From an uncultured Candidatus Binatia bacterium (GTDB taxonomy: Bacteria; Desulfobacterota; Binatia; UBA9968; JAJDTQ01), in the NCBI GenBank assembly GCA_965242525.1, contig OZ251459.1, positions 1-64,000 of the forward strand: DNA of 64,000 nucleotides, in the 5' to 3' direction. Position numbers and translations under genes: made by a program. Below the pieces are notes generated by a model. It saw only the letters and a program-made list of their open reading frames with translations. It was not told where the DNA came from and searched no databases. Positions 23,142-31,102 of this stretch are shown here, one piece after another (position 1 is the stretch's first letter; each line of letters starts with the position of its first letter).

Positions 23142-24215
23142 ATGGTCCTGGTGCTCAAGAACGAACAGTTGGAGGGCCTGGTGCCCATGGCGGACGAGAT
23201 CGACGCCATCGAGCAGGCGTATCGGGAAATGGGCGAGGGCAGCGCGGTCAATTCCCCGCGCGCCCGCATCCGCGTCCAGGCCCCGGGCAAGAAGCCGGGC
23301 TTCCAGTACTACTTCAACAACATCATGGGGCTGGTGCCGGGGATGAAGTCCATGGGCCTCCGCATCGACTCGACCTTCTCGGACGAAGTGGAGGTGGCAG
23401 GCGCCAGGAGGCGGATCTACCCCGGAGACTACGTGGGTCTCGTCTTCCTCTTCGACATGGAGGACTGCTCGCTGCTGTCCATCATGGACGACCATTACGT
23501 CTCGGTGTTGCGCGTGGGCGCCACCAGCGGCGTGGCGGCCCGTCACCTGGCCCGCGGGGACGCCCGGGTGATGGGGCTGGTGGGCAGCGGAGAGCAGGCC
23601 CGGACGCAGTTGCTCGCGGCGTGCGCGGTGCGGCCGCTCGAAAAGGTCAAGGTGTTCAGCCCCACCCGGGCCAACCGCGAGCGTTTCGCCGAGGAGATGA
23701 CCGAGCAGGCCGGCGTGGAGATCGTCCCGGTGCGTTCCGCGGAGGAGGCGGTGCGCGGCAGCCACATGGTCACCGCGGCCACCAACACGGTGGACCCGGT
23801 CGTCCGCGGCGAGTGGCTGGAGGAGGGCGCCTTCGTCAACAGCATCGTGGGCGGGGACAGCTACCTGTCGCGTCACGAGCTGGACGACGCGGTGATCGAG
23901 CGCGCGGACCGGATCGTGGTGGGCTTCCGGCAGCAGATCTTCCTCGACCGCCAGGCGGAGATCTACCCCCGGATACAACGCGGACTCATCCGGGAAGAGG
24001 ACCTGCACGAGCTGGGCGAGCTCCTGACCGGCCAATGCCCCGGCCGGGAGAGCGACCGGGAGATCATCGTGTTCAAGAACAACACGGGCATGGGCATCCA
24101 GTTCGCCGCCACCGCAAGGGTCCTGTACGAAGCGGCCCGGAAGAAAGGCGTCGGCACGGAGTTCCCCTCCGAACTCTTCGTCACCGACCGCAAGGGCAAG
24201 ACCTACTCGCCGTAG
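23142..24215 (+). CDS. ornithine cyclodeaminase / mu-crystallin family protein
   Basis: LRVGATSGVAARHLAR, GSGEQA, GRESDREIIVFKNNTGMGIQF; GGAGG RBS. Confidence 0.9.
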   Translation: MVLVLKNEQLEGLVPMADEIDAIEQAYREMGEGSAVNSPRARIRVQAPGKKPGFQYYFNNIMGLVPGMKSMGLRIDSTFSDEVEVAGARRRIYPGDYVGLVFLFDMEDCSLLSIMDDHYVSVLRVGATSGVAARHLARGDARVMGLVGSGEQARTQLLAACAVRPLEKVKVFSPTRANRERFAEEMTEQAGVEIVPVRSAEEAVRGSHMVTAATNTVDPVVRGEWLEEGAFVNSIVGGDSYLSRHELDDAVIERADRIVVGFRQQIFLDRQAEIYPRIQRGLIREEDLHELGELLTGQCPGRESDREIIVFKNNTGMGIQFAATARVLYEAARKKGVGTEFPSELFVTDRKGKTYSP

Positions 24216-24253
24216 CCGCGTCTTCCATGGGTAACCGCGCCCTGCACCGTCGG

Positions 24254-24282
24254 TTGACATTTGGGCCGCCGGTCCGTATTGT
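24254..24282 (+). promoter_or_regulatory. sigma70-type promoter upstream of the structured leader and NYN gene
   Basis: TTGACA (24254-24259), 17-nt spacer, TATTGT (24277-24282). Confidence 0.75.
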
Positions 24283-24288
24283 AACCGC

Positions 24289-24356
24289 AACTCGCCCCTT
24301 GGCAGTACGTTATGCTCCTCGCGATCCTGAGCATAGCCGACCCCTGGGGGCTTTTT
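24289..24356 (+). ncRNA. candidate small structured RNA or attenuating leader
   Basis: Outer stem GCCCCTTGG (24294-24302) / CCTGGGGGC (24343-24351), perfect inner stem TATGCTC / GAGCATA, followed by TTTTT. Confidence 0.5.
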
Positions 24357-24375
24357 CATTTCCGACCGCGTCTCC

Positions 24376-25074
24376 ATGATGAAAATCGCGATCCTCATCG
24401 ACGGAGGCTACCTGCTCAAGCGTCTTCCGACTGTCCGCTCGGACATTGATCTAGGCGACGCGCAAGCCGTCAGTTCAGCGATATGGCAATTGGTTACTTC
24501 GCATCTGGAACGCGAGAACAACAAGGCTGCCGGGGTCGTTCATGCGCGCTCGCTGCTTTATCGCGTGTTCTACTACGACGCCACTCCCTATCTCGGCAAA
24601 GAGCACAAGCCGGTGAGCAATCGCAGCATCGACTACGCAAAAACCACGGAAGCGAGGTTCAGGCTGGAGTTGTTCAAGCATCTGCGGCGTTCTCCCAACA
24701 CCGCCGTGCGGCTCGGCGAGGTGCGGCGTGATCGCGGCTGGGTGCTGAAGGAAGACCCCCAGAAACGGCTTCTGAAAGGCGAGGTCGCCGCCGCGGACCT
24801 CACGGATGAGGACTTTGCTCCTGGCTTTCGCCAGAAAGCCGTGGATATGCGAATCGGGGTTGACATCGCTTCGATCACGCTGAAACGTCAGGCGGATACG
24901 ATTATCCTCGTCGCGGGCGACGCCGACTTCGTTCCCGCAGCGAAACTTGCGCGGCGAGAGGGCGTGCGCGTTGTCCTCGACCCGCTCTGGCGTTCGGTGG
25001 CGCCTGAATTGTTCGAGCACATCGACGGCCTCGACAGCGGCTTTCCACGTCCTGGCGGGATGCAAGGCGGTTAG
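24376..25074 (+). CDS. NYN domain (LabA/DUF88, PIN-like) nuclease
   Basis: ILIDGGY, YRVFYYDA, QKAVDMRIGVD, VAGDADFVPAAKLARREG; acidic catalytic residues present. Confidence 0.92.
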   Translation: MMKIAILIDGGYLLKRLPTVRSDIDLGDAQAVSSAIWQLVTSHLERENNKAAGVVHARSLLYRVFYYDATPYLGKEHKPVSNRSIDYAKTTEARFRLELFKHLRRSPNTAVRLGEVRRDRGWVLKEDPQKRLLKGEVAAADLTDEDFAPGFRQKAVDMRIGVDIASITLKRQADTIILVAGDADFVPAAKLARREGVRVVLDPLWRSVAPELFEHIDGLDSGFPRPGGMQGG

Positions 25075-25244
25075 CACACCGCCCTTGCGGAGACGGTTCG
25101 CCGGATGCGCGGGCGCCATCACCTCTTTCGTTCCGGTGACGCCGCTCCCGCGACTTGCGCCGTGGCCACCGGAGCACGGGCGTGGAGACGGAGGCACGCG
25201 TTGGTAGGTGGCGGTTCCTGGCATGGAGCGGAGGAGGGAAAAAG

Positions 25245-26294
25245 ATGACGAGCAGACGCAGTTTTCTCAAGAAGGCGGCGGCAGGCGCGGTGGGAGCGGC
25301 CGCGGCGGTTGCGCCCGCGGTCCATACGCAGGCGAAGACGAAGATCCGGTGGCGGCTCCAGACTTATGCGGGTCCCTCCCTCGCCGAGCACGTGATCCAG
25401 CCGTCCATCGAGTCGTTCAACAAGGCGGCCAACGGGGAGATGGAGATCGAGCTGTATTTCGCGGACCAGCTCGCGCCCACCCCCGAGTTGTTCCACGCCA
25501 TGCAGCGCGGCGCGGTGGATGCGGTGCAGTCGGACGACGACTCCATCGCCGCGCCGGTGGACGTCGCCGTGTTCGGCGGCTACTTCCCGTTCGCCTGCCG
25601 CTACAGCCTGGACGTGCCGGTGCTGTTCCACCAATGGGGGCTCGACGAGATCTGGGCGGAAGCCTACGGCGAGGTGGAGGGCGTCACCTGGCTGAGCGCC
25701 GGGGCTTGGGACCCGTGCCACTTCAACACCGTCAACCCCATCCGCAGCCTCGACGACCTCGAGGGGCTGCGCGTGTTCACGTTCCCCACCGCGGGCCGCT
25801 TCCTGTCCCGCTTCGGAGTGGTGCCGGTGACCCTGCCCTGGGAGGAGGTCAAGGCCGCGGTGGAGGCCGGGAAGCTCGACGGCCTCGCCTGGTCCGGCAT
25901 CACCGAGGACTACACGGTGGGCTGGGCGGACGTCACCCGCTACTTCCTCACCAACAACATCTCGGGTGCTTGGTGCGGTTCGTACTTCGCCAACTCCGAG
26001 AGGTGGGCCGCCCTGCCCGGGCACCTCAAGGAGCTGTTCCGTCTGTGCATGGACAGCTCGCACTACTACCGCCAGCACTGGTACTGGGGCGGCGAGGCCA
26101 AGTTGCGGGTGGAGGGGACGAAGCTGGAGCTCACCTCCATCCCGGACCGGGAGTGGGCGCGGGTGGAAGCCGAGGCGCGCGGCTTCTGGGACGAGGTGGC
26201 CGCGGAGAGTCCGCGCAACGCCCGGGTGGTGAAGATCCTGCGCGACTACAACGCGCACATGGAAAAGGCGGGCCGCCCCTACCGTTACACCTGA
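25245..26294 (+). CDS. dctP: TRAP transporter substrate-binding protein (DctP family), Tat-exported
   Basis: SRRSFLKK Tat motif, WRLQT, PIRSLDDLEGLR, W.LP.HLK. Confidence 0.88.
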   Translation: MTSRRSFLKKAAAGAVGAAAAVAPAVHTQAKTKIRWRLQTYAGPSLAEHVIQPSIESFNKAANGEMEIELYFADQLAPTPELFHAMQRGAVDAVQSDDDSIAAPVDVAVFGGYFPFACRYSLDVPVLFHQWGLDEIWAEAYGEVEGVTWLSAGAWDPCHFNTVNPIRSLDDLEGLRVFTFPTAGRFLSRFGVVPVTLPWEEVKAAVEAGKLDGLAWSGITEDYTVGWADVTRYFLTNNISGAWCGSYFANSERWAALPGHLKELFRLCMDSSHYYRQHWYWGGEAKLRVEGTKLELTSIPDREWARVEAEARGFWDEVAAESPRNARVVKILRDYNAHMEKAGRPYRYT

Positions 26295-27604
26295 GGCCGT
26301 CCCACGGCCTGTCCCGCCCCGTGGCCTCCCCGCTTCACCGGACGCCGTATGAGCAGCGTCAGTCCCGCGCACAGGACCTGCACCGCGACGAAGAGGGTCA
26401 GGGACAGGTGGTAGCTGCCGGTGTAGTCGTAGAGGTAGCCGAAGAAGGGCGCGCCCGCGGCCGCGAAGAGCAGCAGTATGGGCAGGCTGAGGCCCCGGAC
26501 CGTGCCGAGGGATATCCTGCCGAAGTAGTTGGCCCACATCACTTCCTGGAGCACCTGCGCGCCGCCGAGGCCGGCGCCGTAGAGGAAGAACGCCGCGTAC
26601 AGCCACGTCAGGTCCGCGGTCTGCATGGCGGCGGCGAGTCCGGCGGCCTGGACCACGAACGTCAGCGCCGTGGCCTTGCGTACGCTCACCCGTTCGCTGA
26701 CGAAGCCCAGCAACAGGCCCGAGCCGAGCTGGGTCCCGGCGAGGACCATGACCACGACCCCCGCTTGGTGCATGGAGTAGCCCATGTCGGAGATGAACGA
26801 GAACACGTGCAGGTTGAAGCCGGCGATGCCGAGATCGACGGTGCTGAATATGAGCGTGATGAGCCAGAAGGTGGAGGTGCGCGCCGCCTCCCCGCGGGTC
26901 CAGGTGGCGTCCGCGGCCGCGGGTCCGGCAGCGGACGGGTTGGGGCGCGTGCCGGACCCCGGTGCGGAGGGTCCGGGTCCGCCGTCGGGGTGGAGGCCCA
27001 TGTCCTCGGGACTCCGGCGCATCCACACCGCCGCGGGGATCATGACCAGGAACACCACCAGCCCGCCGAACAGCATCCAGACCCGGCGCCAGCCGATGGC
27101 GGTGAGAAGGTAGGCCACCACCACCGATATGGTGGTCTTGGACAGCCCCTGGCCCACGTGGGCGATGGCCACGGCGCGCCCCCGCTTCTTCACGAACCAC
27201 CGGGAGACGGTGACGTTGACCACGAAGTAGCACACCAGCGCGTGGCCGATGGACACCAGCCCCACCCGTATGGCGGTGAACTCCCAGAAGCTGCGGGCGT
27301 ATCCCAGCAGGACGAAGCCCACCACCGAGAGCGCCGCTCCGATGACCATGAGCCTGCGGGCGCCGTAACGGTCCAGCAGGGAGCCCACCCACGGCGCCAC
27401 GCCGGCGTAGGCCACGAGCTCCAGGGAACGCATCAGCGAGAAGACGCCCCGGGACACGCCCAGGTCCGCGGTGACGGACTTGAGCAGCACGCCGAGGGTG
27501 CTGGAAAGGTAGAAGGGGCACGCGAGCTGCACCAGGAAGCCGGTGGCCACGATGTACCAGCCGTAGAAGAAGGCCGGCCTCTTGGAGACGCGGGGCGTAC
27601 TCAT
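26285..27604 (-). CDS. MFS transporter
   Basis: FFYGWYIV, LLDRYGAR, WFVKKRGRA, ANYFGR; multiple hydrophobic segments. Confidence 0.92.
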   Translation of the reverse strand: MSTPRVSKRPAFFYGWYIVATGFLVQLACPFYLSSTLGVLLKSVTADLGVSRGVFSLMRSLELVAYAGVAPWVGSLLDRYGARRLMVIGAALSVVGFVLLGYARSFWEFTAIRVGLVSIGHALVCYFVVNVTVSRWFVKKRGRAVAIAHVGQGLSKTTISVVVAYLLTAIGWRRVWMLFGGLVVFLVMIPAAVWMRRSPEDMGLHPDGGPGPSAPGSGTRPNPSAAGPAAADATWTRGEAARTSTFWLITLIFSTVDLGIAGFNLHVFSFISDMGYSMHQAGVVVMVLAGTQLGSGLLLGFVSERVSVRKATALTFVVQAAGLAAAMQTADLTWLYAAFFLYGAGLGGAQVLQEVMWANYFGRISLGTVRGLSLPILLLFAAAGAPFFGYLYDYTGSYHLSLTLFVAVQVLCAGLTLLIRRPVKRGGHGAGQAVGRPQV

Positions 27605-27635
27605 GTTCCGTGTGGATCGACCGGCGGCGCCGTCG

Positions 27636-28931
27636 TCACCCGCGGCTGCTCGCCGGCGCCCGGGGGCTCCGTATCGTCAGGGTCAGGGCGGCCGACGCCA
27701 GCAGCACCGCCATGAACAGCAGGAGGGATATCCGGTAGGCGCCCGTGTAGTCGAACAGGAAGCCGAAGAAAGGAGGGCCGCACAGTCCGAACAGCAGCAC
27801 GAGCTGCAAGCCGGCGCCGCGGACGGCGCCCAGGGAGACCCGGCCGAAGTAGTTGGCCCACAGGATCTCCTGCAGGATCTGCACGCCTCCCAGCCCCGCG
27901 CCGTAGAGGAAGAACCCCAGGTAGATGGACCGCAGGTTTCCCGCGGTGACGGCCACCGCCAGCCCCGCGGCCTCGACCAGGAACAGCAGCGCGGTGGCGT
28001 TCCGGACGTTCACGCGCTCGCTGACGAAGCCCCAGAGCAGGCCCGAGGCCAGTTGGGTGCCCGCGATCACGGTCATCACCGAGGCCGCCAGGAACGTGGA
28101 GTAACCCAGGTCCGACACGTAGGAGACCACGTGGAGGTTGAGGCCGGTGATGCCCACGTCCACCATGCCGAAGATGAAGACGATGAGCCAGAAGGTGGAG
28201 GTGCGCATGGCTTCCCTGCGCGTCCAGCGGACGTCGGGTCCCGGCCCTTCCGCGGCCTGCGGGGACCGCGGCCCCTCGTCCCGCGCCGCGGGTCCCGCGG
28301 CGCCGTCGGGATGGAGCCCCAAGTCCTCGGGGCTCCGGCGCATGAAGACCGCCGCCGGGACCACCGCGAGCACGAACGTCAGCGCCCCGAACAGGGTCCA
28401 TATCCGGCGCCATCCGATGAGCAGCAGCAGCCACGCCACCACCATGGAGATGACGACCTTGGCCAGCCCGTGCCCGATGTGGGCGACGGCCAGGGCGCGC
28501 CCCCTCTTCCGGACGAACCAGCGGGAGACCGTGACGTTGACCACGAAGTAGCAGACCAGCGCATGCCCCACGGCCGCGAAGGTCATGCGCACCGAGGCGA
28601 ACTGCCAGAAGTTCTGCGCGTGTCCGAGGAGGAGGAAGCCCGCGACGGAGAGGGCGGCGCCGGTCACCATCATCCAGCGGGGTCCGTAACGGTCCAGCCG
28701 GGCTCCCACCCACGGGGCCATGAGCGCGTACAGGAAATGCTCGCCGGAGCGCATCAGCGAGAAGACTCCCCGGGACACCCCCAGGTCCGCGGTGACCGAC
28801 TTGAGGAAGACGCTGAGGGTGCTGGAGAGGAAGAACGCGCAGGAGATGTTGGCCAGGAAGCCGGCGCCTACGATGTACCAGCCGTAGAACGGACGGGGTC
28901 TTCCCCCTGCGCCTGTGGCATCGCGGGCCAA
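27636..28931 (-). CDS. MFS transporter (close paralog of the neighbour)
   Basis: FYGWYIV, LDRYGPR, WFVRKRGRA, ANYFGR. Confidence 0.92.
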   Translation of the reverse strand: MARDATGAGGRPRPFYGWYIVGAGFLANISCAFFLSSTLSVFLKSVTADLGVSRGVFSLMRSGEHFLYALMAPWVGARLDRYGPRWMMVTGAALSVAGFLLLGHAQNFWQFASVRMTFAAVGHALVCYFVVNVTVSRWFVRKRGRALAVAHIGHGLAKVVISMVVAWLLLLIGWRRIWTLFGALTFVLAVVPAAVFMRRSPEDLGLHPDGAAGPAARDEGPRSPQAAEGPGPDVRWTRREAMRTSTFWLIVFIFGMVDVGITGLNLHVVSYVSDLGYSTFLAASVMTVIAGTQLASGLLWGFVSERVNVRNATALLFLVEAAGLAVAVTAGNLRSIYLGFFLYGAGLGGVQILQEILWANYFGRVSLGAVRGAGLQLVLLFGLCGPPFFGFLFDYTGAYRISLLLFMAVLLASAALTLTIRSPRAPASSRG

Positions 28932-29135
28932 GGCGGTGGGTCAGGCGGCAGCGCGCAAGGGGCGCCGCCGGCGCCCTGCCGGACGGGCGGCGGAGAGACG
29001 CGCGGGGTTACGGGTGAAGGTCGTCCCCTTCGCCGAGTCCTGGTCGTCGGCGTCGATGACAGGCGGTTGGCTCATGCTTCGTCCTCCGGCAACGGAACGG
29101 GATGCGGGTGAGCCTATGAGATCGACGCGGTAGAG

Positions 29136-30428
29136 TCAATCGTTGCCGCGGCCGCGGGCTTCGTCGGGGGGCTGCGCCTTGTGCGGGTGCCGGAGCAGCA
29201 GGATCAGGAAGGCCGAGACCAGGAGGGCGCCGACGAAGAAACTGAACGACAGGACGTAGCTTCCTGTGTAGTCGTGGAAGAAGCCGAAGAAGGGCGGGCC
29301 CATGGTGGTGAACACCCGGGTGATGAGGAACCCCATGCCGCGGACGCGGCCCAGGGACGTGCGGCCGAAACAGTTGGCCCAGAGGAGCTCGCGGATCACC
29401 AGGCTCCCCCCGAGGCCGAACCCGTAGATGAGGAACCCCAGGTACAGCGTGGTCACGCCGGCGGGGGCCAGGGCGAGGGTCAGGCCGAAGGCCTGCAGCA
29501 GGAACTGGGCCATGGCCGCCTTGCGCACGTCGATGCGGTCCGCGGCGACGCCCCAGAAGAGCGTTGCCGCCATCTGGGTCAGGGCGATCATCCCCATGAC
29601 CGCGGCCGCGGTGTCGCGGGAATAGCCGATGTCGGTGATGTAGGGGTAGATGTGCAGGTTCAGGCCGATGATGCCCACGCTCACGATGCCGAAGGACACC
29701 ACCAGCAGCCAGAAGGCGTTGGTGCGGACGGCCTCCCGCCGTGTCCACGGAATGTCGGCCTCGGGGGACGGGGCGCCCGGGCGGTTGCCGGAGGCCCCGG
29801 GATGAGGTTGGGGAGAGGTGAGCGCGCCGTCCGGCCGGAGGCCCATGTCCTCCGGGCTGCGTCGGACCAGCAGGAAGGCCGGCGCCACCACCATGGCGAA
29901 GGTCAGCAGGCCGAACACCGTCCAGGTGTTGCGCCATCCCACCAGTGCGAAGAGCCACGTGGCCAGCAGCGGCATGCTGACCTTGGCGATGCCGGTCCCG
30001 GTGTTGGCGATGGAGATGGCCCTGCCCCGCTTGCGGATGAACCAGCGCGAGATCATCACGTTGACCACCATGTAGCCGATGAGGGTGTCGCCAACGGTGA
30101 CCGGGAGCCACCGGACCACCATGAACTGCCAGAACTCCCGGGCCTGGCTCAACAGGATGAACCCCGCGCCTCCGACCAGGGCCCCGCAGATGATGAGCCA
30201 GCGGGCGCCGTAGCGGTCGATCAGCGGTCCCACCGCCGCGGCCACCACCGAGGACAGCATGACCTCGCCGCTCCGGATGAACGAGAAGACCCCGCGGGAG
30301 ATGCCGAACTCCGCGGTCAGGGGTTTCAGGAAGACGCTGAGGGTGCTGGACAGCGCGAAGGACGAGCTCAGGTAACAGATGAAGCCGACGCCGACGATGT
30401 ACCAGCCATAGAAGATCTTTCGGGTCAC
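29136..30428 (-). CDS. MFS transporter (third paralog)
   Basis: FYGWYIV, IDRYGAR, WFIRKRGRA. Confidence 0.92.
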   Translation of the reverse strand: MTRKIFYGWYIVGVGFICYLSSSFALSSTLSVFLKPLTAEFGISRGVFSFIRSGEVMLSSVVAAAVGPLIDRYGARWLIICGALVGGAGFILLSQAREFWQFMVVRWLPVTVGDTLIGYMVVNVMISRWFIRKRGRAISIANTGTGIAKVSMPLLATWLFALVGWRNTWTVFGLLTFAMVVAPAFLLVRRSPEDMGLRPDGALTSPQPHPGASGNRPGAPSPEADIPWTRREAVRTNAFWLLVVSFGIVSVGIIGLNLHIYPYITDIGYSRDTAAAVMGMIALTQMAATLFWGVAADRIDVRKAAMAQFLLQAFGLTLALAPAGVTTLYLGFLIYGFGLGGSLVIRELLWANCFGRTSLGRVRGMGFLITRVFTTMGPPFFGFFHDYTGSYVLSFSFFVGALLVSAFLILLLRHPHKAQPPDEARGRGND

Positions 30429-30527
30429 GGTATCGAGCCGGTTTACTGGTGCGCCGCGGGAATGGCAACCGCGGCGGCCCAGGGTGGTGCGGGACCCTCT
30501 TCTCGCGCGCCCCGGGGACCGTCATAC

Positions 30528-30556
30528 TTGACAGGGCAGGGTCGGGACCTTAGATT
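30528..30556 (+). promoter_or_regulatory. sigma70-type promoter
   Basis: TTGACA (30528-30533), 17-nt spacer, TAGATT (30551-30556). Confidence 0.7.
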
Positions 30557-30633
30557 CGTCCCTGACGAAAAGGATCGATGGAAAGACGGTACGGGAACCT
30601 GTTTCGGTCTAATGGGAACGGACGGTACCAGCC

Positions 30634-31074
30634 ATGAGGGAAGACACGAAAGTCACGCATTTCGCGTCCCGGACCGGGGAGACGGGCGACACCGGCCCGT
30701 CCGGGGACCGCGGAACGGTGGATGCCTTCGATGCCGTGACGTTGTTCGACGCCGACGGCGTGGACGTGTTCCAGTATTCGGACACGGTCCAGCGAAAGGC
30801 TCCCCTGGAGCCCGAAAAGCACCTGCTGCTCGCCATACTCGAGGACGCGCTCACCTGCTACCGGAAGAACGTTTACTCCCGGAACGCCAGGAAGCAGGGC
30901 ACCTTCCGGGAAGCCGAGGAATGGATCTTCGCCAGGGACGACGAGCGCTTCCTCGGCTTCGAGTCCGTTTGTTCCGTGCTGGGAATCGAGCCCAGCTACC
31001 TGCGCCGGGGCCTTCTGGAGTGGAAGAGGCGAAAGGCCAAGGCCCGGGCCGACGCCGCGGCCGAAGCGGCCTGA
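30634..31074 (+). CDS. hypothetical protein (possible small helical DNA-binding/regulatory protein)
   Basis: PEKHLLLAILEDA...EAEEWIF...FESVCSVLGIEPSYLRRGL; own promoter; host-like codon usage. Confidence 0.75.
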   Translation: MREDTKVTHFASRTGETGDTGPSGDRGTVDAFDAVTLFDADGVDVFQYSDTVQRKAPLEPEKHLLLAILEDALTCYRKNVYSRNARKQGTFREAEEWIFARDDERFLGFESVCSVLGIEPSYLRRGLLEWKRRKAKARADAAAEAA

Positions 31075-31102
31075 TCCGGTCCCGGGGGCCTTGCGGGGCC
31101 GG

